The position numbers and the translations under genes were made by a program. From Folioceros fuciformis (taxonomy: Eukaryota), in contig JBNGIO010006336.1 of the NCBI GenBank assembly GCA_049999805.1, forward strand, positions 221,347 to 285,346: DNA of 64,000 nucleotides, read 5' to 3'. The notes under the pieces are model-generated. The model did no database searches. It saw only the letters and a list, made by a program, of their open reading frames with translations, and was not told where the DNA came from. This document shows, in pieces, positions 32,566-44,395 of this stretch. The first letter of the stretch is position 1. Each line of letters opens with the position of its first letter.

Positions 32566-35500
32566 CTACGATGTCAAAGTGATATCTATCTTCAGAGGAC
32601 CCGCTCCCTTCCTAACGTCAAATGCCTGTTGCACATCCTCGCCTGCAACTGATACCGCATATTGTCCTGTAAATCCCCGGAATGTCATCTGTCCCTCCGC
32701 ATTTGTCATACCACTGGTCTTGGTCAGCCATTCCCGCTTCAAAGCTAGAAATCGTTTTCCTGCTTCTGTTAGACCAGAGTCCCAATTCACCAGATGAGCA
32801 TTCTGTCTGAACATGGCACCTTCCCAAAAGCCCCACAGAAGGACTCCTTCCACACCTGGATGCGCATAGGCCTCTCTCAGAACCACTTCCAAATCGTCAG
32901 CCCTGATGTGCTCGTTTGATGATGCAACATCGACTTCTGTCAACCAAATAGGAAGTCCAGCAGAGCTCAAGACATCGAAGGATTCGCGCAAGATGGAGCC
33001 CACTGGAGCATCAATGTGGCCCTGGACGCCAACCCCTCCCACTGGCGCTCCTTGTCTCTGAAGCTTCAATACATGGTCCACATATTTCTGCGCGGAGGAG
33101 TTGGCATCACAACCGTCCTCCACATGGTAATCGTTGACAAACAAGGTTGCATGAGGATCGAGCTGCTTGCACATGCGGAACATGTGTGGAATGATGTCAT
33201 GACCAAGTCTGTCTTTGAAGAACGAGCCATGTAGCATTTCGTTGTTCACATCGTAATGCTTAACCCTTCCCTGATAACGAGATAACAGGTCCTTAACTCG
33301 TCTTTGCACAGCATCACGCAGCGCAGGCTCCGGAAGACACTTCAGCCATTCCTGCACTGTATGCTCCACCTCCCAGAAGACACAATGGCCCCTGACCGGA
33401 ATGCTATGCTGGGAACAGAACTCCAGCAGCTCATCAGCTTCTTTGTAGTGCAGCTTACCCTGACTGGGTTCTATCCAGGTCCATTTCATCTCGTTTTCAA
33501 ATACTGCCCAATTGAACTGCTCCAGAAAGAACTTGACGTAACCAGGGTTGTCAATGTTGTGTCGATTTATGCATGAGCCAAGAGGAAAATCGTTCCTTGT
33601 TTGGAGAATCTGCAATGACCGCGAGGGCACAACTCGTCCATGTCTGTCTTTGACCGTTAACATGACCTCTCGTTTGCGCACCTGGGCAGGGAAGTTCTCA
33701 AGGGTTTAGTTCTCAAGTTCTCACAGCTCACGTGAATGAACCATTCACCGAACATAAGAGCTGAGATGAGCAATACGAAGCCAGTGGAAGACCCAATGAA
33801 AAAGGAACGTACCTCGTCTGTGCGTGCAATCACTTCTGTCAATCTTTCCGTTTTGTCCACTGCAACAATCTGTAAGCCGGCTACCATCACGCTCGTCCCA
33901 GGAGCTGGACCTTGAACGTACACAACAACCTTCTTGGCTTCCTTCTCTAACCGGAACGAGCTTCTTACTTCAGTCCAGGTGTCTGATGCATCCGCCTCTT
34001 TGTCTCCCCCATTTACCCATGCATCGTCCACACCAAGAGCTACATTAACCTTCTGGGCTTCCGTTGCAAGACGGACTCGGACCCAGGCCCTAACTTCGTA
34101 GGTGAGGAACAGCCGCACTCTGTCAGTGATGTTCTGTGCTGGACCCTCCCAGTAGTGATGTCGCTGTGTGGCAACAACACATCGAGATCCACGCGCTCCT
34201 TCACTGGTCACTTCCAGATGACATGACCCAAGAGCATACCAGGAGGCCAGTCCTTTGGAAAACGTGCTGTTTTCAACAATATTGATCCCATATCTTGGAT
34301 CCTGTAAAAACCACGTCCAAAGTTTGTCCAAACAGCCACAAGGTGCCCAACACCAACCATCAAGATACGAGATACAAATGATATCCCCAGAGCAACGAAC
34401 CGACATCCAACCTCGACGACAGGACGATTGGCCGGAGTTGGTTTCTCCATGGCACGCATGGAAAAGCTCCGCACACTCAGATCAACCCCACTGGGAGGTC
34501 CTTCCAAATAGGCTATTGCTTTGCTAGGTAGCTTATTGAGAGTCAGCTTTCCCTTCAGCTCGACCCAACCATGTGTTGATGCTTCAGTTCTGTATGTACA
34601 GAATGTGACACAAGGAGCGTTCATGATTGAAAAATGCAAGAAATGGAATGTCTTAAAGATGGTAGAGCATTACCTCCCCATGGAAATGTATTGATCTGCT
34701 CCATCTTGGTTCACAATGTGGAGTGTCGCAAGCACCGTTGCAGTGTCGGCTGATTCATGAAGCCTCACCACAGCGCTGACGTCATACACCACACTTGCTT
34801 TGAGGCGCCTGGTGACGTCTTGCTGAATGCCTTGCCATTCAGCACGTCGACATGACACATCAACACAGCTGTTTGTTTTGGAGAAGGAAGCCTTGCATCC
34901 ATTGCAGGTCCAGCTTTCCAGGCCATCCTGGAAATTCCAGTTTTTTAGTATGTCTCCAGTACCAGTACATCCGCTCGGGTCGCCGTCCATATCCTCTCGC
35001 GTTTCCGATGATGTGGTAACACCCATCGCCTCTTGCTCCTGCAAAACCATCCGTACCAAATAAGATGCATTCCAGCCAGCGCCTCGACCCAAGAGTACTG
35101 CCTTTACCACAAGGTGAAGGTGTCAGTCATACCACAGCCACAGGGTCTCCACTCGCTGGTGTGATGGAAAGTCTTGCGAGAAGAAGAGACACACCACGAG
35201 GCGGACCTTCAACATACAACAATGCCTTCGGCCAGGATGACTCCACCCGGAGCTTGCCCTCTAATACCGTCCATTTCCCTACCGAGACACTCGCCCTGCG
35301 CAGCCCCGGACTCGCTCAGGCCTCGAAGACTGCAGCAAACTAAGCAAATTGATGCACAAATCGGGGTCGGGAAGCACATCATACTTGGCCACATGGATGT
35401 ACTTCACTCTCCAACAAGAATCCTCGAGCTTCAGGGTCACGATTACCGGTGCATCTCCATCCTGTCCCACAGCAGTCACCACTGCTTGCACATCATAATC

Positions 35501-35725
35501 AACAGACTGCCTCAACCTTCCTTGTATCTCCTGTGACATGCCCTGCCACGCTGCCGTCCGATTGGTGGCCACACAGCAGCAGCCGGAGCCGTCAGGCCAG
35601 CGCTCGCACAGCACGCTGCCTGGAGATTGAAGGACGGAAATCTTGCAGCACAGCGGCTTCCAGCCTCTAAGGCCCTCCTGGAAAACCGGGTTGTCGACGA
35701 TGTTGGACGGCGCAATTGGGTCCAT
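32566..35725 (-). CDS. GH10 endo-1,4-beta-xylanase with about three N-terminal CBM4_9/CBM22 modules
   Basis: NWAVFENEMKW, VRGHCVFW, HYDVNNEMLHG (acid/base), GVQGH, PIWLTEVDV (nucleophile). CBM-like starts NIVDNPVFQEGL, DILKNWNFQDGL and NIVENSTFSKGL. Confidence 0.93.
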
Positions 35726-36202
35726 CTCCGGGAGCAGCAATCGTCGCTGCAGAGCTCTGGCTGCAGTCCTGGCAGAGGAGCCAGGCGGGTCAGTCCACCT
35801 AACGCTGTCCCAATTGGCATGTCATTTACGAGACGGCTGGCCACAGTGTGAAAGCCGAGTTGGGGATGGCGGGCGATTGTGATCGCCCTCAAGAATCTCG
35901 GTCTCCAAAGGGCGGGGGCCTTCTGGGTCCACGATTTGGCGTTGTTCATGCCGCTTCGATCTGTTTCCTTGCCACTGCCGCTGCCGCTGCCGTCTGCGCT
36001 TGGTGGCCATCGCCTTCGCCTCAAGCGTTTTCTGGGCTTGAAGTTCATCCAGGGGGAGAGAAGGGGAAAGCCGTGGTCCCCTTGCTGCCTAGAGGCATGC
36101 ACGTTCCGTCGTTGGTGAGCTCGCCTCCTCATCCTGCACGACCCTGGGCATTGTGGAGTCTCTTACGTAGCTAGGCGCACCTGAGATAATTGGCCTGTCT
36201 TC

Positions 36203-37323
36203 ATGTTGGAATCGGAAGACCGGCTTGTGTCAATTTCTTGCGTGGAGGACCTTCCTCCATATCAGCATTGGCAATACCACCGGTGGCATGACGTAGTGCA
36301 TTGCACCAGAATCTGCATCCTCACCTTGCTGAGGAATGGTCTTGTGTATAATGTTCTTCTATGCATGGCAGCTTAGGAGGCTCTTGAAGCATATACCAGT
36401 TCTGCCCTTGAGGCAGTCAGGCTCAAGATACAGCTGGCCTCCACAGAAATGAGAACTAGTAAGCAGCTCTTGTTCACAGCCTTTGACACAGTTTCCGCAG
36501 GATCTGTTACGTGGGAGAGGGGATCGTAAGGCAGGTTCGAGATGGAACTAGCTGCCTGTGGTTGATTACACTGGTTACAGATAGAGAGAAGCAGGATTAA
36601 GCATTACTGTGAAGTAACTCCCTCTTGCATGCTCTCTGCAACTAAGCCACGGCAAGACTTGGCTTGACTTGTATGGAAGATAAATTGCATCCTTTTTGCA
36701 CAGAAATAAGAGAATGGAGGAATTCCAGAAAGGGCCGGGTGGAAGCATTCACTCACCCCACCCTTCCTCCGCCGTGAAGGGTACCGAGAAATCTGGTACT
36801 AAGAGGTGCCCCCATTTGAAGGACTTTGAGGTGTGCACTGTTTGCAACAAAACAGCAAAGCTGAAAGCCAAGGTTGCCAGAAAGAGCTATGCACCGGGTA
36901 GACAGGGGGGGACATCCGTGATGAGTAACAGGCGATCACAGTCTGCGTAGTTGATGGATGGAAGTGTGTTGCTTCGGTGCCTCATCGTGGGATTGCTCCC
37001 ACTAGTTCTTCTCATCTTGTACCTGTGAAGCTGGAAGGCCACCCTGCGAGAGATCTAGATAACATACTGGTGGCTTACTTCAGGGGATGCTCTTCCGGTG
37101 AGTGAGTGCGATGGCAATAAGGAAGAAGTGTGTGGGCAACTATCTCTGGGGACTGTTGCTGTACGAGAAATATTACGGCTTAACCAGAACTAAGCTTGTC
37201 TTCCGCCCACCCCAGGTCATACAACTGCCACCTCCACCCCCAGACCCTGCCCTCCTCAAAGGAAAAGGCAAGAAAAAGGTATCCATAGAAGCAAGCCCTG
37301 ACAAACCCAAGAAGAAGAAGTAG
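36203..37323 (+). CDS. Possible multi-exon gene of unknown function with a Lys/Pro-rich C-terminus
   Basis: Short AG/GT-bounded open segments (e.g. 36703-36897 RCPHLKDFEVCTVCNK) and a terminal segment LPPPPPDPALLKGKGKKK...KKKK*. Full model unresolved. Confidence 0.35.
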
Positions 37324-37716
37324 TGCTCCATTTGGTTGTTAATCGCTTCGATGTTTTGTATGGGGATTCACATGGGAAGCTTATGGAGAGACGGCTGATA
37401 GAGAAAGGCTCTTTCTCCGCATCCTTACACGTCTAACAAGGAACCCGTCACCGAATGATTCAAGTGTCAAGTGATGATGCTTCACATTTTGGTCTACATT
37501 GCTTTTATCCTTGGAGATGCTTGGGACATCTGGCTTTCAGAGGGGTTCTGGTTGTCGGTGTACGCGTCTCTGTCCTTGGAGATACCCAGGAAGTTGGAAC
37601 CGGAAGTTCGAGGGAGGCAGGATTGAGAAGATCAAAGCACATCTAGCATGAAACGTGCAGTTGCTCCGTGAGCCCCATCCATCTTACTATTCATGTTCAA
37701 GAACTCAGCTCCAAGA

Positions 37717-39310
37717 TCAGAACTGCGTTTGCCCTGGAAGTATCATTTTATCTTCTTCATCCTGACCAGATCCGGCAAATGCATTGCTCTCCTTGAACTC
37801 GGTCAAAAGATCATTGACTTTGCTGGTTACTGCCTCTCCATTACAACTGGCTGTTTCGGACATGCCTGTAAGCAATGCCTCCCTTGGGCTCTTGCTAATT
37901 TCAATGACTTTGTTAAAATCTTCTAAAACCACCTCACCGGTGGATTCTTGTATTTCTTGCTCAGCCTGCAGAGATATCATATAATGTCGCATATACCATG
38001 ACAATCCACAGGGCCAAAAACTCAAGCTACATGCAGGGGTCTTGCACTTGGAGCATCCAGCTAGCTTATCAGAGTGCTAGTAAGAGAGACCTGTCGGTTA
38101 CGCAACTGCAATTACCTTGTATTCTTCCAGCCTCAATCTCCTTGCCGCTTTCTCATGTTCCCTCAACTGTCTCTGCTGCCCCAACCATAAGCCATCAGGT
38201 TCATGAAGATCTCCACAAAGAACGCATCCGTTTTGGTGTTGCTGAGGACTGAGCATACGGCAGACCTGTATTGCTGCCTGGATTTGGACTCTCGAGTACA
38301 GCTCCTCATAAACAGCATCTATATCGGCAAGAAGGAGCCGGAGGCCTTCAGAAAGATTTTTGTGTGGGAGCTCTCCAGCCTGCACGGTGCAGAGATTAGC
38401 CGGATGCTGGATGCTTGATCAGCTATCAGAGATCATCTGCTGCCTCAGGAGGCGGCAATTTGAATTGCAGTCAGACCTACTTTGGAGAGAAACATGCATT
38501 TGGACCTGCTTGACCACAGAGTTGTAACTAGAATCACCTCCGGATCCAGGACAGTCTAGAGGATTCCATGGCGCTTGTTCAAGAAGGAACCTGCGAGTGA
38601 CAACTGTGCTGTGGCATCCAATGACAATCTGGTTGGCTGACAAAGGACTAAACGCACACTTGATCTGCTCAACTGAAAGGGCACAAGCCATGTCTTGCTT
38701 ATTGGCCACAATGAGCGCGGGCTTTCCCACTAGATGAGCATGCCCAGTGGCCACCTTGAACTCCTTTCTTGCCTCCTCCAGCCGCTCCCGGTCCGAAGAG
38801 TCTATCACATAGATGACCCCGAATGCCTGTCACAGTTGGATTCACATTAGCACTCGGGCAATCCTTTCATTCCCTAATCCCAGCATCTGGAAGCCTGCCT
38901 GACCACAAGCATGTACCTCTGCGAAGTAGCGCGGCCAGATTCCACGAATCTTTTTCCCTCCCCCAAGGTCGAACACATGGGCTACCACACCATCTCCGGC
39001 ATTCCATGCCTTGCTCACAAACCCCAATGTGGGCACGATGATGTCCGCCGCAGGTTGACCCCTGCTTCCACAAATAACGGCACGCATCACCTCCTCCGCA
39101 CCTGCTCAAATTGCGAGCGTCAACGGTGCAGCAGGCATGAGCGGGACAAGAGCACCTCATGTTTGTCAGCAGTGAGGATTTGCCAGCCCCGTCCAGCCCG
39201 ATCAACACCAGCACAAGCTTCCGGCATCTCTTGCGTTTAGCCAAGAGCTGCAGACCTCCAGGGAAGCAGGCACACATGCAGCAGCTGAGACCACATCCTT
39301 CAGCTGGCAT
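37717..39310 (-). CDS. ARL13: ARL13-like ciliary small GTPase
   Basis: GLDGAGKS (G1), PTLGF (G2), DLGGG (G3, Gly in place of the catalytic Gln, ARL13 signature), ANKQD (G4), EGLRLLLADIDAVYEELYSRV followed by a coiled-coil-like tail, N-terminal cysteines. Confidence 0.85.
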
Positions 39311-39533
39311 TCTGGCGAAGCAAGACAGGGTTGCAGCAGGCCCGGGCCGGAGGCGTTCTACTGGAAAGACAAGTCAGGCAGTTGGCCGTTGGAGGTCCTT
39401 GTCCCACGATTGGGGCGCGCCGGGCCGGGTGCCAATGGAAACACAAAACAAACGACCGGTGGTCCGACTGGCTAGGCCAAACCCTCTTCCTCGCTCTCTG
39501 GGGCGCTTGGCGGTTCTCATCCTGTGGGCAACC

Positions 39534-42500
39534 ATGGGTTCGTGGAGAAGGCTTGGGCGATGCCTTGCAGGTGTCGACACTGGTGGTATCCTTCGAGCGT
39601 GGGAGAGATGTGGAGCTCGCCGTAGCTCTGCTGGCAAGGATTTTCTCATTTCATGGGCTCGAACAGCGGGCAGTCTAGTCGGACTTGAATGTGACCGTGG
39701 ACCATGTTGTTGCAGGTTTGGATCGCAGCACGGGCAGTCCTGAGCTGAATGCAGTGGAAAGAATATGGATGAAGCACTGGAATCCGTGGAGATTGTCTGT
39801 CGGATTTCTCTCAGGTGCTGAACGTTAGAGAAGCAGACGTGTTGTGCGTTGTCGGAATTTGGGCACCGATGCTGATTGTGCGCATCTCATAGCGGCGGTG
39901 ATGGGTAGCTGGAACTACTCGCAAGCTGAGGAGGTCCAGCGACCCTTCCCTTCCCTTGGTCCGGACGAGGGGTCCACGCAAGTCGAGCTTGTCGAGGGCA
40001 GCTTGCAGACGCCGCCAGAGGGCGAGGTTATATCCAACTCGCATACAGCCAGGTGGAGGATCTACACCAACATGGGACGAGAACTCTTCTCTCAGGTTGC
40101 ATGGGATTGCGTGTTGATTATCCATGCTGGATGCCTTGTGTTCTCTGTATGTTCACTTTTTAATCGTCGTGCAGGGTCGTCTTGATGAGGCGGAGAGATA
40201 CTTCACACGAGCCCTGGAAGAAGCGAAGAAGGGATTTGGGGAAGATGATCCACATGTGGCTTCTAGCTACAACAATCTGGTACACTTGCATCCCAACAAA
40301 ATGCAACCCTTTCATGCACTTCACCACCAGAAATCTTATGTCTAATAGTATGTCCCACCGTGGGTTGTCTTCAGGCAGAACTGCTTAGGCTGAAAAGGGA
40401 GTACACGCAGGCGGAGCCTTTATATTTGGAGGCGGTGAAGAGGCTCGAAAGGGCTCTGGGTGCTGAAGCTCAAAGGTGCAAGCTCCATGTGGTTCTGATG
40501 GCTCGCTTTGGCCTAGCTTAAAATGGTTTGTTCTGGATCGGAGGTAGAGAAGTTATGTGGTTTCTACCATGACATGCAGTGTAGGCTTTGCTTTGCACAA
40601 TCTGGGGAGTTTTTACTTCATTCAGCGAAGGTTTGAGGAAGCTGAAAGCTGTTACAGAGTATGGCTTACAGTCATTTTGTGCCTTTGCTTGATCTCTCCA
40701 CACGCACAGCATTACTTCTTTGTTCAGATTTCTCGAGTGGAAGCATCATGGCAGCTTGTGTAGGCGTGCTTTGATTAACATGAGCATTGACCAGTTCTAG
40801 TTCGGCATTCTCCGGTGGGGGATTCTACGTGCACGTTTGCTGATTCCATCAGCGTGCCTTGAAGGTAAAGCCTTTTTCTTTTGTTCCTTATGATTCTTCG
40901 TTTGTTGAGTTCTGGTGTGTACCTGTCTGTGCTATGGGTGTAGCTTGTATGTGGGACTTTGTGACTGAAGCAACAGAAGAGACAGATGTAATGTTGGAGC
41001 ATCAGAGGGTGGTTCAAGTCTCTTCACCTTTTATTTCTTTCATGTAGATCAAAGGGCGAACCATGGGCTTCGACCATCCTGAGTGTGCAAGCACAATGTT
41101 TCATCTGGGCGAGGTGCTGAAGTCTTGAGTCTCTGCTGATTTTCTCTAAGGACACTTCAAGGTGCGACACTTTCAAGGTGCAATTGTCCATTAAATGTGA
41201 TGCCCGTAATCAATTGCAGGTTTTGCGGGTTCGTGGACACGTCAAGGATGCAGAGGCTTACATCCGTGACTCCATACGCATACTGGAGGTTGTTTCTTGG
41301 TTGTATGGAAAGCTCAGGACGTTTAGCACGAGCATCTGGAGATGCCAACTTAGTAAACTCAACGCGGTTGCAGGAGGCAGGTGGTGGCCACTCCAAAAAT
41401 GCAGCTCTTAGAATGGGACGTCTAGCTGAGGTACATCATTTCTGCTCCTGAAGAAGATGCCTTATCATGCACGCGGGATTTCAGGATTTTGTCTGGCTGT
41501 TGTAGATATTGGTGCACACTGGACAACTCCAAGAAGCAGAAAGCTTTCAGAGAAAGCTTGTGCACACGTTGGAGCTATTAGAGGTTAGCACACAGTTCCT
41601 TGAAGCTGGCAAGGTTCGCATTCGGAAGGGACATTGTCTTATATTAGTGGGGAGGGAGCTCTAATGGGATCACTCTAGGACCAACAGTTTGTTCATATCT
41701 GAGATGATGTGTTGAGGCAGGGGTCCGAAGCGATGGTCGTCGCAACTGCTGTAGATAACTTGGCTCTTACTCTCCAAGCAGAAAACAAGCTGGAAGAAGC
41801 TGAGGAGCTGCTGCAGAGGTTAGCCTCGCCATGCATGCGTCATCGTGTGGATCAGTTCTAAAACCGTGTCACATGTTGGATGGTAGCTCAACATGCGGTT
41901 GACTCATTGGCTAAATGTGCAAACTTTCTTCGTGGCATGAAGATGTCTACAGATCAGGGAACAAGCACTTGGCCCAGATGACGCCCTGGTAGGATATTAT
42001 TTTTGAGGTTCAGTACTGATGCTTGCCGTCGTTCAACCTATTGGGCCCCCTTTCTCCCACGGAAGTCCTGGAAGCAAAGTGCTTTCATTCTTCTGAAAGT
42101 TGTCAAATGTGTCAGGTTGGATCAACATTGTTCAAACTGGCATCCGTGGAGATGAAGCTGGGCGAAACGTTGTTGGCTTCTGGGCATGAGAAAAGCAAAG
42201 AAGCCGGGTCCTTGGCATTCCAGAATGCAGAGCAACATCTTCAACGCGCCATAGGGTTTGTGCACCATCTTGGGCACATCTGCCGCAGGAGATGTCAGGT
42301 ATCGTTTTGGTGCTTTCTGATTAGTCTCATACATTGACCACCTCACAATGTCTTGCAGGATTGCAGAGAAGGGCTGGAAGGAGATCTCAGAAGCAGCAAC
42401 AACAACAGCCCCAAGAGTTACTAAAGGAGTCAATCGCAAGGAAAGCATCTCGTCCATCATGGGCGAGACCCTTCTCGCTCTTGTAAGTTCTCACATATGT

Positions 42501-42972
42501 GCTTTACCGGCAAACAGCTTTCCTTGACCGACAATACCATGAATTAACTGGTTGTTGCTATCATCCAAGACTCGATCCTTGAACACGCTTGCTCTACTGG
42601 AGATGCGAAAGGCAGAGCTGTCCAGCACACCAGCGGTGAGCATCTTGGCAACATCAGACTCACACACCTTCACCCTCACTTATCTTGCACTGATTCTGGC
42701 ATTCGGACATGCGAACAGGAAGCTGCCCAATCAAGGGAGAAAGCGCTTCAAGCTTTGGATCAGCTTCTGTCACTTCTCGATCAGGCAGGGCACTTTCCCG
42801 ACACCTTGCTCCATCATCTCCTTATGTTGCTCGAGCCCTCACGCGTTTTGTGGTTGTGCAGTGTGCCATCTCTACACGGCTTTCAGACTGGCCTGATGTC
42901 CAGAAGGAACAGGAAACATGTGTCCATCGTCGTGCTGCGCTGTGGAACACTGGGTCCAAGATACGACGCTAA
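39534..42972 (+). CDS. TPR (kinesin-light-chain-like repeat) protein, many exons, probable organellar targeting
   Basis: WRIYTNMGRELFSQ|GRLDEAERYF...GFGEDDPHVASSYNNL|AELLRLK...AEPLYLEA; VGFALHNLG; HPECASTMFHLGE. Start and stop are approximate. Confidence 0.85.
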
Positions 42973-44395
42973 GCCATGTGTCCTTCTAGTTGTTCAATCG
43001 TCCCTGCCGAACATGAAAAGCTTGAAAATGGGACGTGTAGGAGGACGCGAATTTTTGTACAGACTGTGGCATACCGTTACAGCTGCTAAACACGCTTAAA
43101 GCAATCAGTCCGTTGAAAATCAAACGACTTCCAAATTGAAAAACCTGCGGCGGGGATGAAACATCTACAAACGTGTTCGGGGAGCGGAAGGCAGGCCCGG
43201 TCAGGTTCCGACCGACAATGGTCGTTACTTGACAGGGAGACAACCGCGAGTCTCGACCTTGCGGTCCCGTTCGCATTCTGCCACATGGTCGGATGTGCGA
43301 GCCTTCCCAGTTCCATGCGAGATTTCCCGCTTGCGGAATTGCGCCAAGAGGTCGTTTGCAGGCCTGTCGTGAATTCGGTCGCCTCCTTGCCTTGTGAGAC
43401 GTCGCTTGCATCGAATTATCGAGACGAAGTCTGGGAGTGCCAGACAATGCATGCTTCTCCATAAAACATCTGGATGACCGATCTCAGGCAGCGGATTAGG
43501 TTCCGCGGAGGCGGGGCATCCTTTCCTCTTCAAATTGTCGGGGACTGGTATTGTATATTGCTGGACGAGTGACGGAACGGCTTGTTGCCGGCCTGAATCC
43601 GTCGGCGACAGCCTGTGTGAATAGGAAGATTGAAGTGAGATAGCGTTCCTGCTTGAATTGGTTTTGAAGCGAGTGAATTTGTGTGTGCGCGTTTTGTGTG
43701 CGATTGCAAGCGTTATTTGTTGTCAGGAGTGGATTGCTCCACATGTCATCCGGAGAGGTTGAAACTTTCCTGTCTGTCACAGGAATCACGAAGCAGCGGG
43801 AAATGAAATCTGGCTAGAATGATGTGTTTGGGAAGGTGGGAAGGCAGTCCGTGCGTAGCAACTTGCAGTTAGCGTCGGACAAAGCCGCGCCTTCAGTCCT
43901 TACTACTGAAACCTTATGGTAGGTCAACCTTGATACCTGCAGGTACTGTACTGAAGGCTGAGAGTCGCCATGCAAGAATGTCATGCCAACAGTCACTCCC
44001 GGCCCTGATATCTCACGAAAGTTGTGATCTGGTCTGTACCGTTGAATTGTTCTCCATACGCGAACCAACGCTGGATACTGGCTGGTGGCGGCGACTTGTG
44101 TTCTGTTGAGTCACGCGGTCGCTTGAGAATCGCCTCCTATCTGGCAAGCTCCCAGAGGATCGGAAGGTAAGCTCTGGCTGGCAAGAAATCCCGACCAGAA
44201 GCTGCCTGTAACTCTTTGCGCACTGTCATCGACAAAGTTGAACAAGTGATCTGAAGTCCGAGCTCACCGAGATGAAATTAGTTTTAGATGCTTGAGAGTT
44301 TTGAGCTGAGAGGAGCGGGGCCCAGGTGCCTCCTTACATCCTTTCGTAGAGTCTCACGCAGTTGAAATTTTGCAGCTGTACGACCACACTTAAGG

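Noticed and set aside
42986-44390. Short ORFs upstream of the ABCG gene
   Set aside because: No motifs or coherent exon chain. Probably promoter and 5'UTR with introns.
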